Shown: piece by piece, positions 27,214-36,927 of the stretch | How positions within the stretch are numbered: position 1 is the stretch's first letter | Layout of the letters: each line of letters starts with the position of its first letter | Assembly (NCBI GenBank): GCA_964291315.2 | Contig: OZ219753.1 | Span: forward strand, 2,976,001 to 3,040,000 | DNA length: 64,000 nucleotides | From: Candidatus Poribacteria bacterium | GTDB taxonomy: Bacteria; Poribacteria; WGA-4E; WGA-3G | Reading direction: 5' to 3' | Notes under the pieces: model-generated | Told to the model about the DNA's origin: nothing | The model's input: the letters and a program-made list of their open reading frames with translations, nothing else | The model's database searches: none | Program-made: the position numbers and the translations under genes

Positions 27214-28821
27214 ATGAAAACCTTTGGCACCTATGGCCCCGTGAATCCGAGAGAGCATTATGTCGTTTCCCGCACTGCTGAGCTTGCTGACTTCATCAAC
27301 CGCGTCAAGCAGGGCCGGTACATCGTTATCTTCGCGCCCCGGCAGACCGGCAAAACCACGTTTTTTCAATGGGCTCTTGAGGCGCTCGCCGCGGATCCTA
27401 CCAACGTCTATTTCCCTATCGAACTCAATTTTGAAGTGTATGAGGACTATACCGCCCCTGATTTTTATGTCTCACTCTATCAAAGGATTTGTAGGGAAAT
27501 TTTGCGCGTCTTCCGGGAACGACAACGTACGCTCCCTGAAACTTTGAGGCAGCTCTTAGCAGATACAGCGTTAACTGATCACATCGCAATGATGGAATTC
27601 TTTGAACAGCTTGCAGAAATGCTTGCAGGCGACAAGATTATCCTCATCATCGACGAATTTGATGGAATTCCGCGTGCTGTTGTGAGCGGTTTCCTGCACG
27701 CCCTCCGTCACATTTACGTTCACAGTGCTAGACCTCGATGCCTGCACAGTGTCGGGATTGTGGGGGTAAAGAATATCATGCAACTCAACCTGAATAGATC
27801 TATTTCCCCGTTCAATATCCAAGACGAATTTGAACTACCGAATTTCACGTGCAATCAGGTACAGCAGCTCCTTGGACAATATACAGCTGAAACCGGACAA
27901 CCCTTTGCCTCTGGAGTCAGCGAAGCTATTCATAAACAGACGGCCGGACAACCTTTACTCGTCAATCGCTTTGCGCAGATTCTTACCGAACAGATGACTA
28001 TTCCGAAAAGTGAACCTATTACAATGGAACACTTCTCAAACGCCCACGGACAGCTTCTACTCGAACGCAACACAAATATTGAGCATTTGGTGGCGAATAT
28101 TCGTAAGGACCGGCGATTTGAAGACCTCCTTATGAAAATCGTTTCTTATGACGAAGGGATCGCCTTTAATCCGTACAATGAAACTATAAGCGAACTCGCC
28201 ACCTATGGAGTCATTACAAAAGGGAGTGAGGGGCGTTGTGAAATCGTTAACCCAATTTACTATTACTGTATCATGCAAACATTCAAACCTACTGTGAACG
28301 GCTTAGAAAGAGATTACTTTTCCGATGACACCGGCGCAGGATTTCAGAGCTACCTCACCCGCAGTGGACATATCCGCATGCAGGCGCTCCTCGATAATTT
28401 CCGAGACTTTATTGCACGCGTAGGCTTCAAAATTCTTCAAGTGCCTGAAACACCACAAGAATATGTTGGGCAGTACCTACTCTTCGCCTATCTTGAGCAG
28501 TGTGTGCAGAGTGTGGGTGGCATGATGTACCTGGAGGTGCAAACAGGGCGCGGCCGGATGGACATCCTGGTTCTCCATAATCGCCGAAAATATATCGTCG
28601 AAACAAAAATATGGGGCGGAAATGCCCGCTATCAAGCAGGCAAAGTACAACTCGCGGCATATCTCAAACAAGAAAGGGCCGCAGAAGGATACTACCTCGT
28701 CTTCGATCACCGTGCGAAGCCAGAACCCTGTGTAGAAACAGAGACAATAGACGGTTTAACCCTCCGGAGCTACGTCATTCCTGTCGTACAAGAAGTCCCT
28801 TCGCAACAGGCACCTGTGTAA
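27214..28821 (+). CDS. AAA ATPase with C-terminal PD-(D/E)XK nuclease-like domain
   Basis: APRQTGKTT, IIDEFD, SPFNI, GRMDILV..IVETK, QLAAYL. Confidence 0.85.
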   Translation: MKTFGTYGPVNPREHYVVSRTAELADFINRVKQGRYIVIFAPRQTGKTTFFQWALEALAADPTNVYFPIELNFEVYEDYTAPDFYVSLYQRICREILRVFRERQRTLPETLRQLLADTALTDHIAMMEFFEQLAEMLAGDKIILIIDEFDGIPRAVVSGFLHALRHIYVHSARPRCLHSVGIVGVKNIMQLNLNRSISPFNIQDEFELPNFTCNQVQQLLGQYTAETGQPFASGVSEAIHKQTAGQPLLVNRFAQILTEQMTIPKSEPITMEHFSNAHGQLLLERNTNIEHLVANIRKDRRFEDLLMKIVSYDEGIAFNPYNETISELATYGVITKGSEGRCEIVNPIYYYCIMQTFKPTVNGLERDYFSDDTGAGFQSYLTRSGHIRMQALLDNFRDFIARVGFKILQVPETPQEYVGQYLLFAYLEQCVQSVGGMMYLEVQTGRGRMDILVLHNRRKYIVETKIWGGNARYQAGKVQLAAYLKQERAAEGYYLVFDHRAKPEPCVETETIDGLTLRSYVIPVVQEVPSQQAPV

Positions 28822-29050
28822 CCTAGGGCGAGAGAAGTTTGCTTCTTCTGGTAGGTGGGATTTAGAAATCACGCCCGGCCCGCTGTAGAAGAAAACTCCG
28901 ATTCCCACCATCTTTCAAATAATTCCGCAACCCCTTAAAACGAAATGAGCCGAGAAGGTTAAAGATTATGGTTGAATCGAAACGCGGATTAAGGTATACT
29001 ATAGCGTAATAATCAGATTTAGCATAGTCGGATCGGAAGGAATCCTTCAG

Positions 29051-31351
29051 ATGATGCGGATTGATAGTCAGGCAAAAACAATTAGGCAATTGCTTGCGAA
29101 CACCAAGTATAAGTTGGATTATTACCAGCGCGAATACAGCTGGCAGACTACACATGTGACAGAGCTTCTTAATGATCTCTCTGACAAATTCTCGTATAGT
29201 TACGAGGTTGAGCATGAAGCTGTTGACGTGGAGGGTTATGAACATTACTTCCTCGGTTCAATTATTATTAGCGACGATAGTGGTCAACGTTACGTTGTTG
29301 ATGGACAGCAACGACTCACAACGTTAACACTTCTCCTTATCAGAATCTACCACTTGTTGGAGGAAGGGGCTCTGAAAAACCAGGTAGACCAGCTTATCTA
29401 CTCGATGAGTTTCGGAAAGGAAGGATTCAACTTGGATGTTCCAGAGTGGCGTGGTGTCATGCAAGCACTCTACGAGGGCAGTTCCTTTGATGAAAGCACC
29501 CAGCCGAAGTCTGTTCAGAACATCGCTCTCCGTTACCGCGACATTGAAAATGACTTCGACATTGAAAAGGAATTTGAGATGCAGAATCAGGCGCTCCCAT
29601 GTTTTGTCTACTGGTTGCTTGAAAATGTCTATTTGGTGGAAATTACTGCCTTCGAATCTAAAGACGCTTACATGATCTTTGAGACAGTGAACGACCGGGG
29701 GTTGTCGCTGACTCCTGCCGATATGCTTCGCGGGTATCTGCTCTCAAATATAGAAGAACCCGAGCTTAGAGATGAATCGAGCAGGGTCTGGGATGAACAG
29801 AGCCAAGCACTCAAACAGCTGGGACAAGAGATGGAATCGAACGTGATCAAGGCCTGGTTGCGCTGTCAGTACGCCAACCACGGACGTGACTTTGACAGGA
29901 TCGGCTCTGAATTTCATCGCTGGGTTCGCGACTCAGAAAGTAACCTACAGCTCTGTTCGGGCAGTGACTTTGCATATTTTATTGAAAGCGATTTCGCCTT
30001 TTACAGTCGTTGGTATCGTCGTTTACAGGCAGCTGGTAAGGAACTTCAGCCAAAACTTGAATCTGTGTTTTACGTCACACAGAACATTACGTTCCACTAT
30101 CCGTTTCTGTTGGCTCCATTGCGCGTTGAAGATTCGGAGGAGGAGTGTATTCGAAAGATACAGATTGTCGCTACATATATTGACATTTTAATCTGCCGCC
30201 GCATATGGAATCTCCTCCCTATAACCCAGAGGCTACTTGTAGATCCGATGTTTCCGCTCATCCCAGCGATTCGAGGCAAGAGCAGCAGCGAATTGAGGGA
30301 TATACTATACGGGCAGTTTGATGCTCAGAATCAAAGCAAAATACCCGGGCCCGAAATACCTGCTTTTGATAGGAATAGTTTATTTTCTTTACAAGGTAAT
30401 AATCTTAAGAAGGTCCACTTTATTCTTGCCCGCATGATTGACTATATAGAGGTCCAATCGGGGAAATCTTCGCGTTACCCAGAGTATGTAAAAAGCACTG
30501 GAAACAATAGCTATGAGATAGAGCATATCTGGGCGAATCACCCCGAGCATCACTTAGATGAATTCCCTCATGAATACGAATTTGACGCATATCGCAATCG
30601 CATAGGCGGTCTGCTCCTTCTACCTAAGAAGAACAACGCCAGTTATGGCGATTTGCCCTATGAAGGAAAGCGTAAGCATTACATCAAGGAGAACTTACTT
30701 GCCCTGAGTCTTCATGAAATAGCTTACGAGAACAATCCTGGTTTTAAACAGTTCATTGAAAAGAGTGGTCTTTCGTTCAAGTCACATTCCAAATTCAAGA
30801 AGGCAGATCTGGACGCGCGCCAAAAACTCTATCTGCAGCTCGCGAAACGGATATGGAATCCCGAGCGGTTAAGGTTAACCTATGCTCAAGAACCTGACCT
30901 CGTTATTGAGGAGGAAGAGACGGAGTACTCTCAAGAACGTGAACCCGCTGTGTGGACAGCAGAGAAAATTAGGAGTTTGATCCCCCCGGAACGGAGACAC
31001 CAATACGAAACCTTATATAATGGAAGTAAGATTTCAGAATTCTATAGGCGTGTTGCTGAATTGCAGGATATGATTCATCAGAGGGGGTGGGACAGAGTTC
31101 GTACCCCGGAATTTCGGCAAAACTATTGTAGTTTTTACGTTAAGTCAAAAGCTGTGTTCGGTGTCAATCTATTTGGGGCACCGAGGTTTTGGATTTTGTT
31201 AACCACAGAAGAAGCTGAACGATTTAGGAGCGCATGTGAATTTGAAGCTCACTATTCACGAGGGACATGGGCTCTTTATCCACAGCATGCCACATTAGAT
31301 GCCCTTCTACCGATCCTTGAATTTGCTTATAAAAAATATGAGAGGTATTGA
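29051..31351 (+). CDS. GmrSD-type (DUF262 plus DUF1524/HNH) modification-dependent endonuclease with extra C-terminal domain
   Basis: YQREYSW, VDGQQRLTT, FETVNDRG, IEHIWA..IGGLLLLPKKNNAS. Confidence 0.88.
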   Translation: MMRIDSQAKTIRQLLANTKYKLDYYQREYSWQTTHVTELLNDLSDKFSYSYEVEHEAVDVEGYEHYFLGSIIISDDSGQRYVVDGQQRLTTLTLLLIRIYHLLEEGALKNQVDQLIYSMSFGKEGFNLDVPEWRGVMQALYEGSSFDESTQPKSVQNIALRYRDIENDFDIEKEFEMQNQALPCFVYWLLENVYLVEITAFESKDAYMIFETVNDRGLSLTPADMLRGYLLSNIEEPELRDESSRVWDEQSQALKQLGQEMESNVIKAWLRCQYANHGRDFDRIGSEFHRWVRDSESNLQLCSGSDFAYFIESDFAFYSRWYRRLQAAGKELQPKLESVFYVTQNITFHYPFLLAPLRVEDSEEECIRKIQIVATYIDILICRRIWNLLPITQRLLVDPMFPLIPAIRGKSSSELRDILYGQFDAQNQSKIPGPEIPAFDRNSLFSLQGNNLKKVHFILARMIDYIEVQSGKSSRYPEYVKSTGNNSYEIEHIWANHPEHHLDEFPHEYEFDAYRNRIGGLLLLPKKNNASYGDLPYEGKRKHYIKENLLALSLHEIAYENNPGFKQFIEKSGLSFKSHSKFKKADLDARQKLYLQLAKRIWNPERLRLTYAQEPDLVIEEEETEYSQEREPAVWTAEKIRSLIPPERRHQYETLYNGSKISEFYRRVAELQDMIHQRGWDRVRTPEFRQNYCSFYVKSKAVFGVNLFGAPRFWILLTTEEAERFRSACEFEAHYSRGTWALYPQHATLDALLPILEFAYKKYERY

Positions 31352-31396
31352 GGGCGTTGCCGCTGCGGATGTTTCCGTTGCGAACCCCACTTAAAC

Positions 31397-34300
31397 ATGC
31401 GACACATCAAACCCATCGTCTGGTTGATCTTTATCTTTTCAGGTGCCAGTGGTCTCATTTATCAGGTCATCTGGATGCGCCAACTCACGCTCATCTTCGG
31501 GAGCACTGTCTTCGCGACGAGCACTGTCCTAACAGCGTTCATGGCAGGACTTGCCCTCGGCAGCTTCTATTTCGGTCGGAAGATTGATGAAAGTGGGCGG
31601 TCACCGCTGCGGGTCTACGCACTTCTTGAGGCCGGCATCGGGGCGTTCTGTCTGGTGTGGCCCCTCATTCTATCCGTACTCGGTGCGGTCTATGTGCTAA
31701 TTCATCGCAATATCACATCGGAGTTCTATACCCTCTCCCTGATCCGATTCGTGTTGACGTTCATGGTGATACTGATTCCATCAACACTGATGGGCGGCAC
31801 GCTGCCTGTGCTAACCCGGTTTTTTGTAAAGAAATTGGAGGATCTCGGTACGAACATCGGCGTGCTGTATGCCCTTAACACATTCGGGGCGGTTATTGGA
31901 ACGCTGGCAGCAGGATTTTTTATGATCGAAGCCTTCGGTATTCGATGGACCCTCGGCATCGGCATCGCTATTAACTTCGCTGTGGCAGCGATTGCCCTGG
32001 TGTTGGCGCAGCGGGTATCGGGCACAGAAGATGTCGGCAGCTACCAAGGCCCCCTTGCAGAAGATACAGAGATTCCCCAACCTCCACATGCCGAAAATCG
32101 TGAACCCATGGCTGACAGCCGTTTGGCATTGTGGGCAATAGGTATTTCTGGGTTCTGTGCTTTGGCTTACGAGGTGTTGTGGACGCGTATCATGGTCTTC
32201 TTTCTGGGGAGCACGACGTATGCATTTGCAACGATGCTTGCAGCGTTCCTGTTCGGTATTGCACTTGGGAGTATGGTGCTCGCGCGTTGGGTAGACCGGA
32301 TAAAGCAACCTGTTGCTGTTTTCGGTATTGTTCAGCTCGGCATCGGGCTCTTTTCGCTTATCCTGATGCCAGCGTTTGAGGAGCTGTACGGGGTGACTCG
32401 CGCTCTGCAATCCACCTTCGGTAGCAGTAGATTCTGGGCGTTCTTTTCCTGTTTCCTTGTCATGTGTCTCCCGACCTTCTTGATGGGTGCGAGTTTTCCG
32501 CTTGTGACGAAGATCTACACCGGCAGTGAACGTCAGCTCGGCAAAAGCATCGGCAACGTCTATGCAGTCAACACAGTTGGAAGCATCGTGGGGGCGTTCT
32601 GTGCAGGATTTATCCTGATTCCGCTTCTCGGCATCCGGCCGAGTATCGTACTGATGGTAGCATTGAATACGGGGATCGGGTGTCTGCTTGTGCTAAAAAG
32701 CGGGCAGCGCGCCTTCTCCGGTGGCTCATTGCTACAAGGAGTGAGCATCGGTATCCCGATTCTCAACGTTGGGTTGGCAGTCATTCTGCTGCTTACGTTG
32801 AATCAACCGCTTTTTCTCAAGAGCGCGATTTTCAAGACACAACGCCCCGGGGATACGCTTGTGGATTACAACGAAGAGGTCGATGCGACAGTAACAACTT
32901 TGAAAGACGACGAATCGGTTTATCGTCTCTACGTGGATACAAATCAGGCAGCAGATGCATCGCGTTGGGATTCGCCGTCGCATCGCGTCATTGCGCATCT
33001 GCCGCTGCTACTACATCCACGTCCGAAGCGGGCGCTCGTCGTTGGGTTCGGGATGGGACTAACCTCCTACTCGATAACACAGCATGGGGTGCGGGTTGAC
33101 GCGGTAGAACTGTCCAAGGGCGTAATTTCAGCTGCACAGAAACATTTCACACACGTCAACGGAAATGTATTTACAAGCCCGTTATTTGACTATAAAATCA
33201 ACGATGGCCGGAACCACATCTTAATGACGAGGGCGAAATACGATATGATTTCGACAGGTATCATCCATCCGCTGGTGAGTGCGGGGAGTTCGAACATCTA
33301 CACTGCTGACTTCTATCGTTTGTGCAGGCGTATTCTCAGCGAGGACGGGATCATGTGCCAGTGGGTGCCTTTACATCGCTTACCTGAAACCCACTATAAG
33401 ATGATAGTGCGCACCTTCATTGAGGTGTTCCCGCATACGACGCTCTGGTACAAATATACCCCCGACTTTGTGATTCTCATCGGCACACCAGAGCCGCTGC
33501 GGATTGATTACAGAAACTTCATCACACGTGCAAAGATAGCTAGTATTCGGGAAGGACTCGCCGCTGATGATTTAGACGGTTTGTCCCTGCTTGATTCTTT
33601 TATGATGGGTCCAGAGAAGGTACGCAAGTACGTAGGCCCTGGCCCTATCCACACAGACAATCGTCCGCGACTGGAATTCTTCCGTGGTGCTGATCTCACA
33701 GAAACAACAACGCAGAACGTCAAAGGCATGGCGGAGTATCGCGAACGGGTTTTACCGTACCTCACCAACTACGGTCCAACGCTCCCCGAAATGAAAACCG
33801 TCCGATTAAACCTCGACACCTATTTTAGAGCCACACAGAAATTAATTCTCGGACAGATCGCTTATGCCAGCGCGCAGTACCAGAATGCTGCAACGCTCAT
33901 GAACGAAGCGGTGGGGATTAATCCTCTTGATGACACGCTCCGCTATAATTTCGGAGTTGTCGCGGGCTTGATTCGTGAGGGTGAAAACGAGGAACTCCGA
34001 CAGATTGAACAACAGGTGCAGCAGACGATGGCACAAAACCCTGATGACATTCAGGGGCATCTACATTTGGCGACGTTGTATGAAATGCAAGGGGAACTCG
34101 GAAAAGCGAGCAGAGAACTTGAGGAATTCCTCAGACAGGATCCCAGCAGATCCGATATCTATCTGCTCTTAGGTCCCTTATACGAACGTCAAGAACGTTA
34201 TAGAGAGGCGCTCCGCACTTATGAACGGCTGGAACGGCAAGAGCGAACGTTATCACTGCCAGCCCCGATTTTCGCAGCCATGGCTCAACTTCACTTGCAG

Positions 34301-34546
34301 CTGGGAAATCTGGACGAAGCCGAAACCTATGCAGAGAAAGGTGTCGCTGTAGATCTCAATTCGTGGCGTTCCTATTATATTCTTGGAAACGTTTACGCAG
34401 CCACAAACCAACCTCAAAAACAGATTGAAAATTACGACAACGCTTTGAAAGCGCTCGATCGAATCATCCAAGGCTCCGCAGAGAGAGATGATTTAGAGAG
34501 CGCCAAAGAGCATCTTCAAAATGAACTCGACCAATTAAAAAAATAG
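31397..34546 (+). CDS. Fused MFS-like membrane domain / spermidine synthase-like methyltransferase with TPR repeats
   Basis: SGASGLIYQVIW, LYALNTFGA, ALVVGFGMG, DGRNH, C-terminal TPR-like helices. Confidence 0.88.
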   Translation: MRHIKPIVWLIFIFSGASGLIYQVIWMRQLTLIFGSTVFATSTVLTAFMAGLALGSFYFGRKIDESGRSPLRVYALLEAGIGAFCLVWPLILSVLGAVYVLIHRNITSEFYTLSLIRFVLTFMVILIPSTLMGGTLPVLTRFFVKKLEDLGTNIGVLYALNTFGAVIGTLAAGFFMIEAFGIRWTLGIGIAINFAVAAIALVLAQRVSGTEDVGSYQGPLAEDTEIPQPPHAENREPMADSRLALWAIGISGFCALAYEVLWTRIMVFFLGSTTYAFATMLAAFLFGIALGSMVLARWVDRIKQPVAVFGIVQLGIGLFSLILMPAFEELYGVTRALQSTFGSSRFWAFFSCFLVMCLPTFLMGASFPLVTKIYTGSERQLGKSIGNVYAVNTVGSIVGAFCAGFILIPLLGIRPSIVLMVALNTGIGCLLVLKSGQRAFSGGSLLQGVSIGIPILNVGLAVILLLTLNQPLFLKSAIFKTQRPGDTLVDYNEEVDATVTTLKDDESVYRLYVDTNQAADASRWDSPSHRVIAHLPLLLHPRPKRALVVGFGMGLTSYSITQHGVRVDAVELSKGVISAAQKHFTHVNGNVFTSPLFDYKINDGRNHILMTRAKYDMISTGIIHPLVSAGSSNIYTADFYRLCRRILSEDGIMCQWVPLHRLPETHYKMIVRTFIEVFPHTTLWYKYTPDFVILIGTPEPLRIDYRNFITRAKIASIREGLAADDLDGLSLLDSFMMGPEKVRKYVGPGPIHTDNRPRLEFFRGADLTETTTQNVKGMAEYRERVLPYLTNYGPTLPEMKTVRLNLDTYFRATQKLILGQIAYASAQYQNAATLMNEAVGINPLDDTLRYNFGVVAGLIREGENEELRQIEQQVQQTMAQNPDDIQGHLHLATLYEMQGELGKASRELEEFLRQDPSRSDIYLLLGPLYERQERYREALRTYERLERQERTLSLPAPIFAAMAQLHLQLGNLDEAETYAEKGVAVDLNSWRSYYILGNVYAATNQPQKQIENYDNALKALDRIIQGSAERDDLESAKEHLQNELDQLKK

Positions 34547-34811
34547 GTATGGACTGTCGGTTATCAGTTATTGTTAGGCGTGTAACAAGTTGCCCTTTTT
34601 CGTACGCCACAAACGTCTCTTGATCAACACTGGTAACTAAAGACCCTTAAGATAGGAGGAATAGGTATCGGTTACAGGTTTTCAGATGTTTATTGTCGGT
34701 GAAGAGATGCTTTGAAAAATGCTATCCAAACTTTGGATATACAGAAAAGCGGTAAATTTTTAAAAAAGCACCTTTTTATTTAACTGAGAATCATAGCCCT
34801 ATAGACACATC

Positions 34812-36821
34812 ATGACCCAAGAACTTTCTTTAAAACGAACCCACTATTGCGGTGACCTACGTCTAGCAGACGCGGGCACTCAGGCGAGTCTTAACGGTTG
34901 GGTGAAGCGTCGTCGCGACCACGGTGGGATCATCTTCGTTGATCTACGCGACAGAACGGGTATCACGCAAGTCGTCTTTGACCCGCAAATTGACGAGGAA
35001 GCACACACTATCGCGGAGGCTGTCAGAAGCGAATATGTCTTGCATGTCAGCGGCACCGTCCGTGAACGGGAACCGGGTGAACTCCTTTTTCATGCAGATG
35101 CGGCTTACCAAGGAGAGCTGAGTAGTGGTAATCTGTCTCCGGCGTTCTGTGCGTTGTTCTCCGATGTTGCCCCGAAATATGCTCTTTCCGGTGCCATTGA
35201 AATCGCAACGCGAGTGCCTAGTGAGCGTTGGCTACTCATGGACAGAGAAAATAATCGGACGTATCACATCGAAAAGGGAGAAAGCGGGCTCAGTATCTAC
35301 CAAGGCACTGTTAACCCTGAGCTCAACACTGGTGAGATTGAGCTCGCCGTGGGGGTGCTGAACATCTTGAACAGTGCGAAAACACCGCCGTTTCCAGTTG
35401 AAGACGACATCGACGTAGCGGAGGATATTCGGATGCGCCATCGTTTCATCGATTTACGTCGTCCTGAGATGCAGAAGACTTTGGCGATACGTCATAAGGC
35501 AGCACTCGCTGCGCGCAACTACATGAACGAACAGGGATTTTTGGAAATAGAGACTCCTATCTTGATGAACAGTACACCCGAGGGTGCGCGCGATGTGCTT
35601 GTTCCGAGTCGCCATTATCCTGGGAAGTTTTATGCCCTGCCGCAATCTCCGCAGCAATTCAAGCAAATTCTCATGATGAGCGGGGTCGATCGCTATTTTC
35701 AGATCGCGCGATGCTTCCGGGATGAGGATACGCGCTCCGATAGACAGCTGGAATTCACACAACTTGACATTGAGATGTCATTCGCGGGTGCGGACGATGT
35801 ACTTCAAGTAACCGAAGGTCTGATGAAGCGCATCTTTGAGGAAGCAGGGAACATCCGTCTCCAACCCCCGTTCATGAGACTTTCTTACTCGGAGTCGGTG
35901 GCACGTTTTGGAAACGATAAACCCGATACACGATTCGGCATGGAGCTAACGGAGCTGTCGGATGTGATGAGAGACTGCGATTTTCAGGTATTCAACCGGA
36001 CTTTGGAGACCGGTGGACAGGTCAAAGCCATCGCCGCCCCGGGCGGTGCAGACTTCTCCCGCAAAGAGATCGAGGATTTAACGAAGTTCGTGGCTATCTA
36101 CCGAGCAAAGGGTTTGGCATGGGTTAAAGTTACGGCAGACGGGTTTTCTTCCGGTATCGTCAAGTTTTTCACAAGAGAACAACTTGAAACCGCCAGAGCG
36201 CGGACGGGGGCGAAGCCGGGCGATATCCTCTTTTTTGTCGCTGACAAGCCGAGTATCGTCGCCGATGCCCTCGGTAATCTGCGTCTCCATCTCGGAAAAC
36301 AGCTTAACCTTATTGATGAAGCCCAATACAATTTCTTGTGGATTGTTGACTATCCGCTCTTTGAATGGAACGCGGAAGAGAATCGCTATGAACCGTTCCA
36401 CCACCTATTTACGGGATGCACGGAAGAGACTTTACCGCTGCTAGACACCGATCCGGGGGGTGTCCAAAGCCAACACTACGATCTCGTCTGCAACGGTTAT
36501 GAAATCTGTAGCGGGAGTGTCAGGATCCATCAGTGGGATGTCCAACAGAAAGTTTTCGATATTTTGGGGATTACCCCCGAAGAGGTTAAAAACCGTTTTG
36601 GGTATTTCATAGATGCGCTGGCGTATGGTACCCCGCCGCATGCGGGGATCGCCCCGGGCTTGGACCGCATTGTCATGCTCATACGCAACGAGGAAAACAT
36701 CCGGGAAGTCATCGCGTTTCCGAAATCACAACAAGGACTTTGCCCGCTGACACAGGCCCCCTCGGTTGTAACAGATGCACAATTAGAGGAATTGTCCATT
36801 CGTGTTGATGCCCAATTCTAA
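34812..36821 (+). CDS. aspS: Aspartate-tRNA ligase, likely non-discriminating, with ~76-aa insertion
   Basis: RTHYCG, RRDHGG, PEGARD, LPQSPQQFKQ, CFRDED, PPHAGIAPGLDR. Confidence 0.96.
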   Translation: MTQELSLKRTHYCGDLRLADAGTQASLNGWVKRRRDHGGIIFVDLRDRTGITQVVFDPQIDEEAHTIAEAVRSEYVLHVSGTVREREPGELLFHADAAYQGELSSGNLSPAFCALFSDVAPKYALSGAIEIATRVPSERWLLMDRENNRTYHIEKGESGLSIYQGTVNPELNTGEIELAVGVLNILNSAKTPPFPVEDDIDVAEDIRMRHRFIDLRRPEMQKTLAIRHKAALAARNYMNEQGFLEIETPILMNSTPEGARDVLVPSRHYPGKFYALPQSPQQFKQILMMSGVDRYFQIARCFRDEDTRSDRQLEFTQLDIEMSFAGADDVLQVTEGLMKRIFEEAGNIRLQPPFMRLSYSESVARFGNDKPDTRFGMELTELSDVMRDCDFQVFNRTLETGGQVKAIAAPGGADFSRKEIEDLTKFVAIYRAKGLAWVKVTADGFSSGIVKFFTREQLETARARTGAKPGDILFFVADKPSIVADALGNLRLHLGKQLNLIDEAQYNFLWIVDYPLFEWNAEENRYEPFHHLFTGCTEETLPLLDTDPGGVQSQHYDLVCNGYEICSGSVRIHQWDVQQKVFDILGITPEEVKNRFGYFIDALAYGTPPHAGIAPGLDRIVMLIRNEENIREVIAFPKSQQGLCPLTQAPSVVTDAQLEELSIRVDAQF

Positions 36822-36927
36822 GGCAAGCCGCTTGTGATTGTCGGAAACCATCGTCTGAACTTGAACGCTTAGACGTTAAGATATCTTTTATTAATTATTA
36901 GACACCAACCTCATAAAAAGGTAAAAT

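Noticed and set aside
35076-35303. AspRS insertion as an intein or intron
   Set aside because: No Cys/Ser start or His-Asn end, too short, and the frame is continuous
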